From Candidatus Dojkabacteria bacterium (GTDB taxonomy: Bacteria; Patescibacteriota; Dojkabacteria; SC72), in assembly GCA_050943415.1 (NCBI GenBank), contig JBMNPD010000002.1, positions 5,036 to 69,035 of the forward strand: a DNA stretch of 64,000 nucleotides. The letters run 5' to 3'. Within the stretch, counting starts at the first letter, position 1, and each line of letters begins with the position of its first letter. The notes under the pieces were generated by a model. It saw nothing but the letters and a program-made list of their open reading frames with translations, ran no database searches and was not told the origin of the DNA. This document shows positions 39,249-48,663 of the stretch, in pieces. A program made the position numbers and the translations under genes.

Positions 39249-39388
39249 AATTAAACCTCTTTCTTACTGAATGTACGATAATGTAATTATATCAAGCTTG
39301 TATACACTACTCAACACTATAAGACCACATACTCCTCCCCACCCATGATATAATAAAACATTAATATTAATTTAAAAATATTCAAACA

Positions 39389-40342
39389 ATGAAATACCTA
39401 ATCATAGACAAAAGACAAAGAGTAGAAGTTAAAACTATGGGTGAAATACCTACAGGTTCTGCAAGATTAGTTGAAGAATTAGAAAAAAGAAACATAGAAT
39501 GTGATTTCATATACAATGACCAACTCGAATTCATATACCAAGACCAAAAAACAACAATACTAGCTGGTGGCAACGACATTCTCACATATACCCACATCAT
39601 ATTCAGAGGCCATGCACTACACATAGACAAGGAATACCATTTCAAGAGATACATAATCGACCATATAGACGAATACAATTCCAAAAATCCAGACAAGAAG
39701 ATACTAGTGCAAAACTCAGAAGCAATCAAAAGATTCCCCTACTACAACAAAATAGAAATTGCTCAAATCTGTAACAAACACAACCTCCCATACTTCAACA
39801 CATACTACAGAACAGATGGAGAATATACACAAGAAAGAAACTACCTTAAACAATACCCACTCATCATAAAAGAGTATACAGGTGCAAACAGAGTAGAAAT
39901 GATAGATGGAGTTGAAAAAATCAAAAAGAATGTATTTAAACTAGAGAAAGACGAAGACTACAAACAAGAAGGATTAGATGGACAAGACCTAACCAACTTC
40001 TTTATCCAAGAATTCTCAGATGCAGGCGAAGACTACAGAATCTTCGTAAAGCTAGGAAAAGTAATAGCAGGATGGAAAAGAAAAGCTACCTCTGGATTTA
40101 TGACAGTAAGCAAAGGAGAGTATGAAATGTACAATGAGCCAAATGAAGAAATAAAAGAGATTGCTGAGAAAATGGCATCTGTTTTAGATGCAGACTTCAT
40201 GGCTGTAGACTTCATGTACATCCATGGTAAGCCACACATACAAGAGATAAGCTTCCATCCAGGATACAAAGCATACGAGACAAAGATAGAGGGTACTCCT
40301 GTGAACATCGCAGAAGCAATAATTACTGCGTTTAAGGAGTAA
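39389..40342 (+). CDS. RimK-like ATP-grasp ligase
   Basis: YPLIIK, FFIQEF....EDYRIFV, FMAVDF, IQEI...PG. Confidence 0.8.
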   Translation: MKYLIIDKRQRVEVKTMGEIPTGSARLVEELEKRNIECDFIYNDQLEFIYQDQKTTILAGGNDILTYTHIIFRGHALHIDKEYHFKRYIIDHIDEYNSKNPDKKILVQNSEAIKRFPYYNKIEIAQICNKHNLPYFNTYYRTDGEYTQERNYLKQYPLIIKEYTGANRVEMIDGVEKIKKNVFKLEKDEDYKQEGLDGQDLTNFFIQEFSDAGEDYRIFVKLGKVIAGWKRKATSGFMTVSKGEYEMYNEPNEEIKEIAEKMASVLDADFMAVDFMYIHGKPHIQEISFHPGYKAYETKIEGTPVNIAEAIITAFKE

Positions 40343-41506
40343 TTAGAGACCTACCTTCTTAAATATACTTAACCACTCTTCCTTACTAGGAACATTGGTA
40401 GCCTTTGGAATAAGACCGTCCTCTACCCATTCACATTGCTTGAAAGTAATCTTTCCTGAGTAAAGCATATTGTACAACAAAGGATTCTTCTCTAATCTAG
40501 CAGACACCTTCTTAAAACCTCTAAAGTAAACAACATCCTTAGCATAGATACCTGGTTTTGAAGTGTCTGATAATCCTCTCTTCACCCTGTATGTAGTACT
40601 AAATGCAGAGAATTTCGGCAATATTGCATACAAACAGTTATACAACTCTCTAAACGTCATCTTTTGACCAACATATATAGCATATACAAGAGCAACCTTT
40701 TTTCTAAGCCAATTCTCTGTAAGAAGATCCATATTACTTTCATTCCACGTAGCAAGACCCTCCTCTACATCTAAATACTCTGGTAAAGTAGCATTACCAA
40801 GTGCGGGAAACCCACTATTAGAACCATTTACAGACCTTAACACATGCGTACCAACCTCATGAACAATGGTCTTTTTCAATTTCAACTTACTCCTAACAAT
40901 ATTTTTATCAACCAATATTTGCTTCCTTTTAATACCTACTTTTACACTATTCTTAGCAATATTCATAGATTCAGCAACCTCCCAATCATCAAGACCTAAT
41001 ATTGAAAACACCTTTCTAAAAACCTCTGAAATCTCATCATAACCTAACAATTCATCAGTATCAACTTTCTTGCTACTTTCTATAAGGTTGTAGTTACTAA
41101 CATTCCCCCGAAGTACTCTACATGAATTCCTAAACAACTTAGCAAAAGGCAAACCAAACCTAGCAGTAGAAATCTCTGTTACCAACTCATTATTTCCTAC
41201 AGCTTTTATTAATTCGTTAGCCTCCTTTTTTGAAGCTATGAGGTCAATATAGAAAGAAGAAATCCTAGGATCAACATCAGAAATTTCCTCCACAGTAGAG
41301 AGAAACTTCAGTATTTTATCATTCTTGTTAGCAACACCCCTATATTTGAACACAGGATTATATGTATCTGAATCAAAAAATTTCTTCTTCTCCTCCTCAA
41401 GATTAATTGGGGTAAAAACTAAAGCTGTTGGAAGTCTTAACTGATCTAAGAAAGTTGTTACTTCATCAAGCTTCATCTGCTTTTTCTTTTTATCAAAAAT
41501 CCCCAT
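40343..41506 (-). CDS. DUF1704 / QEGLA-motif (MATCAP-like) metallo-carboxypeptidase
   Basis: VHEVGTHVLR..NG, EEGLA, R.KRG, KD.VY.RG. Confidence 0.85.
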   Translation of the reverse strand: MGIFDKKKKQMKLDEVTTFLDQLRLPTALVFTPINLEEEKKKFFDSDTYNPVFKYRGVANKNDKILKFLSTVEEISDVDPRISSFYIDLIASKKEANELIKAVGNNELVTEISTARFGLPFAKLFRNSCRVLRGNVSNYNLIESSKKVDTDELLGYDEISEVFRKVFSILGLDDWEVAESMNIAKNSVKVGIKRKQILVDKNIVRSKLKLKKTIVHEVGTHVLRSVNGSNSGFPALGNATLPEYLDVEEGLATWNESNMDLLTENWLRKKVALVYAIYVGQKMTFRELYNCLYAILPKFSAFSTTYRVKRGLSDTSKPGIYAKDVVYFRGFKKVSARLEKNPLLYNMLYSGKITFKQCEWVEDGLIPKATNVPSKEEWLSIFKKVGL

Positions 41507-41525
41507 ATTTACTATAGCGCTAAAA

Positions 41526-42545
41526 TTATCTCCTAAAATCTCGGTTAAAGGTAAAACTCCTCTCTCCAGTAGCTATCAATTCCAAAGCTATACCTGTACC
41601 CTTAACAACACAGTATATCGGTTCATCGGCAACATGTGAAGGAACGCCTGTAGCCCTAGAGAACAACTTGTCCAAATTCCTCAACTTAGATGTACCACCA
41701 CTCATCACCATTCCTCTGTCTATGATATCAGCAGAAAGCTCAGGCGGAGTCTTCTCCAAAACATTCTTAATACTTCGAATAATTGACTTCAAAGGAAAAT
41801 CAATAGCCTTAGCCACATCATTAGAATTAACAACAATCGACTTCGGCATACCTGCACCAACATCTCTACCCCTTACCTCCATCTCTGCAGGATCTTTAAC
41901 CTCAACTGCAGACCCTATCTTTATCTTAATACTCTCTGCAGTCTGCTCTCCAATCATAAGTCCTTTTTTCTTCCTCATGTATGAAATGATATATTCATTA
42001 AGAGAATCTCCTGCTACTCTTAGCGACTCATACTCCACTATTCCATCAAGAGACATAACAGCAATCTCTGCAGTACCACCTCCCATATTCACAATCATAT
42101 TACCAGAGGAAGTATGAATAGGAAGCTGTGCACCTAAAGCTGCAAGAAGAGGCTCTGGCAAAAGCGTAATACTCTTTGCACCAACAGAGTTAGCTGCTTT
42201 CAAAACAGCTCTCTCCTCCACAGATGTAATACCTGCAGGAACACTAATAACAACATCAGGCTTAAAGAACCTAGATTTACCAAGTGCTTTGTCAAAGAAA
42301 TACCTAAGCAATGCCTCTGTTACCCTAGAATCAGCTATAACTCCACTTCTCAAAGGCCTCTTTGCAACAATATTATCGGGAGTCTTGCCAATCATCTCCT
42401 TTGCTTCCTTACCAACAGCTATGACTGTAAAAGTATTAACATCAATAGCAACAACAGTTGGCTCTGTGAGAACAATACCCTCCCCCTGTACAAAAACTAC
42501 AGAGTTTGCAGTACCTAAATCTATACCCAGTTTTTTTCCAATCAT
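41526..42545 (-). CDS. mreB: MreB/Mbl paralog
   Basis: GIDLGTAN, EPTVVA, VPAGITSVE.RA, GGGT, TPPEL..DI. Confidence 0.93.
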   Translation of the reverse strand: MIGKKLGIDLGTANSVVFVQGEGIVLTEPTVVAIDVNTFTVIAVGKEAKEMIGKTPDNIVAKRPLRSGVIADSRVTEALLRYFFDKALGKSRFFKPDVVISVPAGITSVEERAVLKAANSVGAKSITLLPEPLLAALGAQLPIHTSSGNMIVNMGGGTAEIAVMSLDGIVEYESLRVAGDSLNEYIISYMRKKKGLMIGEQTAESIKIKIGSAVEVKDPAEMEVRGRDVGAGMPKSIVVNSNDVAKAIDFPLKSIIRSIKNVLEKTPPELSADIIDRGMVMSGGTSKLRNLDKLFSRATGVPSHVADEPIYCVVKGTGIALELIATGERSFTFNRDFRR

Positions 42546-42575
42546 CAGAAAATTTCAACTACAAGTTAGCTACAT

Positions 42576-43589
42576 TTATTTAAACTTCAACAACATTGCT
42601 TCTTTCATCAAATCAACAGTTTCCTTAGCAATATCTGAAACCCTCTTACTGCCTTCTAAAGCTCTTTCTAACAATTCATCTTTCATACTTTCCGCTTCTA
42701 TCCTTCTATTCCTAATCGGAGTTAAAGTCTCATTCATCACCTCAAACAACCTCTCCTTTACCTCAACATCCTTAATCTTCCCCTCTCTATACCTCTTCTT
42801 CATATCCTCAACCTCTTCCTTGTCTTCATTAAAATAATCATGATAGACAAAAGCCACATTACCCTCTACCTTACCTGGATCTGTAGCATGAATTCTATTT
42901 GGATCTGTGTACACCTTAAACACCTTCTTCCTCAACTCCTCCTCACTATCGGATAGATATATACCGTTATTCAAACTCTTACCCATCTTCTCTGCACCAT
43001 CAATTCCAGGAATATTAATCTTCGATCCAATCAAAACCTCTGGATAATGGAAAAAATCAACACCGTATGTAGCATTAAACTTCTTTACAATCTCTCTAGT
43101 ATCTTCAACCATAGGACTCTGATCCTTACCTGCAGGCACCAAATCAGCATTAACAGAAAGAATATCAGCTGCTTGATGCACAGGATACAAGAAAAACCCT
43201 AAAGGAGTAGATTTAGTATAGCCTTTCTGTGCCATCTCAGTCTTAATCGTCGGATTATGCTGAACTTTCTGAACAGTTGTAAAGTTTGCAAGATATATGA
43301 ATATTTCATGAATCTCAGGAACCTCACTCTGTATGAAAACGGTACTCTTTTCAAAATCAATACCCGAGGCATAATAATCACAAAGAAGCTCTAATACACT
43401 CTCTCTAACCTTACCAGGATTATCAAAATTATCAGCAATAGCTTGAACATTCGCAATCTCTATAAAACTCTCATATTCATCAGCAAGCTTAACCCTATTT
43501 TGTATAGAACCAATCAAATGACCAATATGCAATTTACCACTAGGCCTATCTCCAGTCAGTATTCTTTTCCTTTCTTTAATATTTTCCAT
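42576..43589 (-). CDS. trpS: Tryptophan--tRNA ligase
   Basis: TGDRPSGKLHIGH, QAADI, KMGKS. Confidence 0.95.
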   Translation of the reverse strand: MENIKERKRILTGDRPSGKLHIGHLIGSIQNRVKLADEYESFIEIANVQAIADNFDNPGKVRESVLELLCDYYASGIDFEKSTVFIQSEVPEIHEIFIYLANFTTVQKVQHNPTIKTEMAQKGYTKSTPLGFFLYPVHQAADILSVNADLVPAGKDQSPMVEDTREIVKKFNATYGVDFFHYPEVLIGSKINIPGIDGAEKMGKSLNNGIYLSDSEEELRKKVFKVYTDPNRIHATDPGKVEGNVAFVYHDYFNEDKEEVEDMKKRYREGKIKDVEVKERLFEVMNETLTPIRNRRIEAESMKDELLERALEGSKRVSDIAKETVDLMKEAMLLKFK

Positions 43590-43666
43590 ATACCATATTT
43601 TAACAACTAATCAGCTATTATGCTATACTCAATAACACTTAATTTTGTCTGTAGAATACTGTCATT

Positions 43667-45184
43667 ATGAAAAAGAAACAAAAGAAATATTTAGGCATAG
43701 CACTAAAAGTTGGCATATACCTCTTCATTATTCTGTTCACAGTACTCATATACTATTTTGCAAAAGGATACAGAATTAATCTAAACGACCAACAAATTAC
43801 TAAAACTGGAGTACTTAATATCAAAGCAGACCCATTCTGGTCCGATATATATATAGATGGGAAAAAAGATGGAAGATCACCAAAAAGCAAAAGTTTAGAT
43901 ATCGGGGTATATAACGTAGATATTAAAAAAGACGGATACAAAACATGGACAAAACGAGTTGAAATATTTGATGAGAAATCAACAATTGTAAGACCGTGGC
44001 TTATGTTGGAAGAACCAAAAACAGCAACTGTATGGAATTCTGAACAATTATTTGAAAAAATATGGACAAATAGATCTTCTCAATTAGCCGTAATACAACT
44101 AAAAGATTCTAACGAACAATCAACACTTTGGGCTTACAGAACAACTACCCCATTCCTAAGCTTCTCAAACAACTTAGTAAAACTACTAACCACAGATGCT
44201 GAAATAGTTGATTTAAAACTCTCACCAGATGGGAACAAAGCCTTAATTACACTAAAAGACAAGTTAGAAGAAAAAACATACCTACTAGACACATCCTCAC
44301 CCGTAAAACTTGATTCCACTCATGAAATAGACCTTAGGAACTACAATAATTACAAAATATCTTGGGCTGAAGATAATGACAAACTCATATTAGATTCGGA
44401 AACAGATATAGTTGCATACGATACAACAAGGAAGACATTCACAATATTGCAAAAAAAAGATAATGGAGACAAGTACATCTGGACTACTGATACAGCAGGA
44501 TACTTCTACTTAGTTCGCAAAGAAGATGATAAAAATACTGAAGTTAATAAATATTCGATACAACAATCTAAATTAGACGGCTCAAACCTTTTGAAAATTT
44601 TACCCGAGATATATTTTCAGAAAGACAACAGCTACATAGAGTACTACAGAACTAATGAATACACATGTGTACCATGTACAAATTCTCCAGAAAACACTAA
44701 AACTGTTGGTGAAATAACAGAGATTTCAATTGCACCAAAAGCTACAGGTATATTCATTAAAACTACAGATGCATCATACTGGTACAATACTTTAACAAAG
44801 ACATACTTCCTTGTTTCTGCATATCCATCTGAAATACTAGAATACTCCTACGACAACAACAAGTTTATCTACAAAAATGAATTTGGCTACTTTACATTCA
44901 CCTTGTTAGAAGATGCAGCAAATCCTGTAGAACAACTAGGAAGGAAGATGATTAAAGAGGTATCTTCTCCCGACATGATTCACTGGACAAATGATTCTGA
45001 GTCAATATTTTATCTTGAAGAGAGTAAGGTTTATGTAGCTGACAACGACGGAGAAAACAAAACTCAAATAGTTTTTTCAAATAATCTAAAAGGTGTTCTT
45101 TTAGGAACTGTTAAAGAGGATATATATTTATTAGAAACTGACAATAAAGGAGTTTTCTCGATTACCAAATATACGGTTAATTAG
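43667..45184 (+). CDS. PEGA-domain membrane-anchored protein with beta-propeller-like C-terminus
   Basis: TM, AKGYR, TG.L.I...P....IYIDG, Y.V.IKKDGY..W. Confidence 0.8.
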   Translation: MKKKQKKYLGIALKVGIYLFIILFTVLIYYFAKGYRINLNDQQITKTGVLNIKADPFWSDIYIDGKKDGRSPKSKSLDIGVYNVDIKKDGYKTWTKRVEIFDEKSTIVRPWLMLEEPKTATVWNSEQLFEKIWTNRSSQLAVIQLKDSNEQSTLWAYRTTTPFLSFSNNLVKLLTTDAEIVDLKLSPDGNKALITLKDKLEEKTYLLDTSSPVKLDSTHEIDLRNYNNYKISWAEDNDKLILDSETDIVAYDTTRKTFTILQKKDNGDKYIWTTDTAGYFYLVRKEDDKNTEVNKYSIQQSKLDGSNLLKILPEIYFQKDNSYIEYYRTNEYTCVPCTNSPENTKTVGEITEISIAPKATGIFIKTTDASYWYNTLTKTYFLVSAYPSEILEYSYDNNKFIYKNEFGYFTFTLLEDAANPVEQLGRKMIKEVSSPDMIHWTNDSESIFYLEESKVYVADNDGENKTQIVFSNNLKGVLLGTVKEDIYLLETDNKGVFSITKYTVN

Positions 45185-45210
45185 CTAATGCTAATTAATA
45201 AGATGATACA

Positions 45211-45284
45211 CACACCCGGTCGGAATCGAACCAACAACCTACGCGTTAGGAGTGCGTTGCTCTATCCAATTGAGCTACGGGTGC
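45211..45284 (-). tRNA. tRNA-Arg(CCT)
   Basis: GCACCCGTAGCTCAATTGGATAGAGC..CT-CCT-AA..GGTTCGATTCC. Confidence 0.93.
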
Positions 45285-45309
45285 ATTTCTAGGATTATAC
45301 CTTAAACAA

Positions 45310-45579
45310 CCTTTAAGGTAAACGAATACTCTTTCACAGTAATGATTAGTTGCAACTTTTTAACAAATATTTAAGATTATATAGGTCAAATATTCTCAAA
45401 ATAGGTAGGGTATTACTGATGTTCAGATTTAATCCACATTCATATATTAACAGCCTTATTTTGTGGATAGTGCTCGAGATAAGGTAAACAATGAATAAAC
45501 TGTCTCATAGTATCTTAAATATTTATTAAAAACCTCCTGTTTATCCTTATCCATATTTAACTTCTAGCTATCCTTAAGG
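45310..45579. repeat. 270-bp symmetric element, copy A
   Basis: CCTTTAAGG / CCTTAAGG ends; inverted AAATATTTAAGAT motifs exactly 55 bp inside each end. Confidence 0.7.
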
Positions 45580-45590
45580 TATAATTAAAC

Positions 45591-48476
45591 ATGGAATACA
45601 TTAAGATTCGTGGTGCTAACGAGAACAATTTAAAAAATGTAGATATAGATATACCGAAGAACAAATTCGTGGTATTCACAGGTGTTTCGGGTTGTGGAAA
45701 ATCCTCCCTAGCATTTGACACAATATATGCAGAAGGACAAAGAAGGTATGTTGAATCAATCTCTTCTTATGCTCGTCAGTTTTTGGGAGTGATGAAAAAG
45801 CCAAAAGTAGAGTCCATAACTGGTCTCTCCCCTGCTATTTCAATCGATCAAAAGACTGTAAATGTAAATCCTCGTTCTACTGTTGGCACTATAACTGAAA
45901 TATACAACTATCTTAGATTGCTCTACGGAAATGTTGGTCAAGCTTACTGTCCTAAATGCCAGATTCCAATTCAATCTCAAACAATACAGGAGATTTCACA
46001 AAAGGTACTCAAAATTTTACGAGGTACAGATCAAACAATACAAATCATCTCCCCTATTGTAAAAGGTAGGAAAGGACAATTCAAAACGTTACTATCAAAA
46101 CTTTTAGAGAAGGGGTTCTTAAGAGTGTTAATTGATGGAGATCTATACTTTCTTGATGATTTAGATTCAATAGATTTAGATGAAAACAAGAAGCACTCTG
46201 TAGATTTGGTTGTAGACAGACTTACTAGTAAGGATATGGATAGTAAGGAGTTTAGGAAGAGGCTCATAGATGCGATTGAGTTAGCCACTTTTCACTCAGA
46301 TGGTGAGGTTAAGATTCTCACAGAGAAGGAGGAGTTGTTTTTTTCCGAAAACAACACATGTACGGAATGTGGTACATCGTATCCAAAGATTTCTTCCGCA
46401 TCTTTTTCTTTTAATGCTCCAGAAGGTGCTTGTGTTAATTGTGCTGGTTTGGGTTTTCTTAATCAGATAGATATTAATTCAATATATAATCCTAAGTTAA
46501 CAATTAAGGAAGGTGGTATATTTCCTTGGGGTAATAGAATAGTAAAGGATAGTTGGACTACAAGAGTGTTGGAAGAGGTTGCCAGAGTTCATAATTTTTC
46601 TCTCACCGTTCCTATTCAAGAGTATCCACAAGAGGTTTTTGACCTCATATTTTATGGTAAGAATGCTAAGGAGTACTATGTGATTGAGTATACAAATAGG
46701 TTTGGAGTTACAAATATTCATCATGCTCAGTATGAGGGTGTTGTTCCTGAGTTGAACAGAAGGTACAAGGAAACGACTTCAGAATATTCTAGATATGAGA
46801 TCGAGAAGTATATGCGAGAAACTGTTTGTCCTGTATGTGAGGGAAAGAGGTTGAAGCCTTACTCTCTTGCTGTAAGGATTGACGGAAAGAATATTGAGGA
46901 GGTTACTAATATGCCGATTGTTGAATTGGAGAAGTATTTTAGCAATCTTAAATTAAAAGGTAACAAAGCTGAAATAGCTAAGCCTATTCTGAAAGAGATA
47001 AATGTTCGTTTGCAATTTTTGTTGAATTTAGGATTAGGGTATTTAACTTTGGCTAGAAAAGCCAATACTCTTTCAGGTGGAGAATCTCAGAGGATTCGTC
47101 TTGCTTCTCAGATAGGTACTGGTCTGTCCGGAGTTGTGTATGTATTAGATGAGCCTTCTGTTGGTCTTCATGCTAGAGATGTTTCGAAGTTAACAGATTC
47201 ATTAAAAGAGTTGAGAGATAGTGGAAATACTGTTTTGGTTGTAGAGCATGACTTCGAGACTATGAGCCAAGCTGATTGGATTATAGATATTGGACCAAAA
47301 GCAGGTAAGCATGGTGGCGAAATCATTGCTCAGGGGACATATGAGGATATTAAGCACTTGAGTACGTTGACTGCAAAGTATTTAAACAATTCACTTATAA
47401 TAGGCTCTAATTTGAAAAGAAGTAAAAAGAAAGATCCTAAAAAGTCTATAAATCTTTACTCTGTTTCTACCAATAATTTAAAGAACATAGATGTGGAATT
47501 CCCTCTATCAAAGCTTATTGCAATAACTGGAGTTTCTGGCAGTGGTAAATCATCTTTGATAGCAAATACATTAGTTCCTGTTCTTATGAACAAAATTATG
47601 AATGCAAAGCAGGTTGAGGGAATATATAAAGATGTATCTGGCATTGAGAATATTAATAAAGTTATTAACATAGACCAGTCCCCTATAGGCCGTACTCCAC
47701 GATCCAATCCAGCAACATATACAGGTCTATTCACTCTCATTCGAGATGTCTTCGCTTCCACAAATGAAGCAAAAGCAAGGGGCTATAATTCTGGTAGATT
47801 TAGTTTCAATGTCAAAGGTGGTCGATGTGAAAAATGTAAGGGAGATGGTCAGATAAAAATTGAAATGCAATTTTTACCTGATGTGTATATCACATGTGAT
47901 GAGTGTCATGGGTCTAGATATAATAATGAGGCCTTACAGATTGATTTTAAGGGAAAAAATATCGCAGATGTACTAAAAATGACTGTTGATGAAGCAATTC
48001 CTTTCTTTAAAAATAATATGGCTATATCAAAAAAGCTTGATACACTAAGCAAAGTTGGGTTAGGATATATAGAGCTTGGTCAATCTTCACTTACCCTCTC
48101 AGGTGGAGAATCTCAACGAGTAAAATTAGCAAAAGAGTTGTCGAGGATCTCGACTGGTCATACTTTGTACATTTTAGACGAGCCAACTACAGGACTCCAC
48201 TATTACGATGTAGATAATTTGCTGTCAATTTTGCGTGAACTTGTTTCTAAGGGCAACACTGTCATAGTTGTCGAACATCACTTAGATGTAATTAAAAATT
48301 CTGATTGGGTTATTGACTTAGGTCCTGAAGGTGGAGATGCTGGAGGGTATATTGTCGCTCAGGGTACAGTTGAAGATATTATGAAATGCAAGGAGAGTTA
48401 TACTGGTCAATTTTTGAAAAGATATATTAAAAAGTTGGAAAAACCCTCGGTGAAACAAACAGCCAAAATTAGATAA
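45591..48476 (+). CDS. uvrA: Excinuclease ABC subunit A
   Basis: GKSSLAFDTIYAEGQRRYVES, two ABC cassettes (LSGGESQR), Zn fingers. Confidence 0.97.
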   Translation: MEYIKIRGANENNLKNVDIDIPKNKFVVFTGVSGCGKSSLAFDTIYAEGQRRYVESISSYARQFLGVMKKPKVESITGLSPAISIDQKTVNVNPRSTVGTITEIYNYLRLLYGNVGQAYCPKCQIPIQSQTIQEISQKVLKILRGTDQTIQIISPIVKGRKGQFKTLLSKLLEKGFLRVLIDGDLYFLDDLDSIDLDENKKHSVDLVVDRLTSKDMDSKEFRKRLIDAIELATFHSDGEVKILTEKEELFFSENNTCTECGTSYPKISSASFSFNAPEGACVNCAGLGFLNQIDINSIYNPKLTIKEGGIFPWGNRIVKDSWTTRVLEEVARVHNFSLTVPIQEYPQEVFDLIFYGKNAKEYYVIEYTNRFGVTNIHHAQYEGVVPELNRRYKETTSEYSRYEIEKYMRETVCPVCEGKRLKPYSLAVRIDGKNIEEVTNMPIVELEKYFSNLKLKGNKAEIAKPILKEINVRLQFLLNLGLGYLTLARKANTLSGGESQRIRLASQIGTGLSGVVYVLDEPSVGLHARDVSKLTDSLKELRDSGNTVLVVEHDFETMSQADWIIDIGPKAGKHGGEIIAQGTYEDIKHLSTLTAKYLNNSLIIGSNLKRSKKKDPKKSINLYSVSTNNLKNIDVEFPLSKLIAITGVSGSGKSSLIANTLVPVLMNKIMNAKQVEGIYKDVSGIENINKVINIDQSPIGRTPRSNPATYTGLFTLIRDVFASTNEAKARGYNSGRFSFNVKGGRCEKCKGDGQIKIEMQFLPDVYITCDECHGSRYNNEALQIDFKGKNIADVLKMTVDEAIPFFKNNMAISKKLDTLSKVGLGYIELGQSSLTLSGGESQRVKLAKELSRISTGHTLYILDEPTTGLHYYDVDNLLSILRELVSKGNTVIVVEHHLDVIKNSDWVIDLGPEGGDAGGYIVAQGTVEDIMKCKESYTGQFLKRYIKKLEKPSVKQTAKIR

Positions 48477-48663
48477 ACCTACTTTCTAAAATTGCAAGAG
48501 TCTGTAGTTCAAATTTATCTAGTCAAAAAAGAATATAGTTGCACTAGTCAGATTTTTATAGTCTAAAATTTTACTGTTTAAAAATAATTATCATTGAGTA
48601 TAATTATTGGGCTCGATGTGAAAAATTCCTCTTTTGAAAATTTCCTAATGTTACACAGATGGA

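Larger units (their letters stand above)
37978..39320 (-). repeat. Three-unit array: promoter - small membrane ORF - conserved hairpin
   Basis: 38344-38525 resembles 38894-39075; hairpins at 37978, 38470, 39021; promoters TTGTCA-17-TACAAT, TTGTTA-17-TATAAT, TTGAGT-17-TATAAT. Confidence 0.88.

Noticed and set aside
31548-39320. CRISPR array or canonical integron
   Set aside because: No regular 25-40 bp repeat/spacer periodicity, no cas genes, no intI, and hairpins lack the RYYYAAC/GTTRRRY attC ends
48480-48660. TAGTC/TAGTT short repeats between uvrA and proS
   Set aside because: Short, irregularly spaced, no interpretable structure
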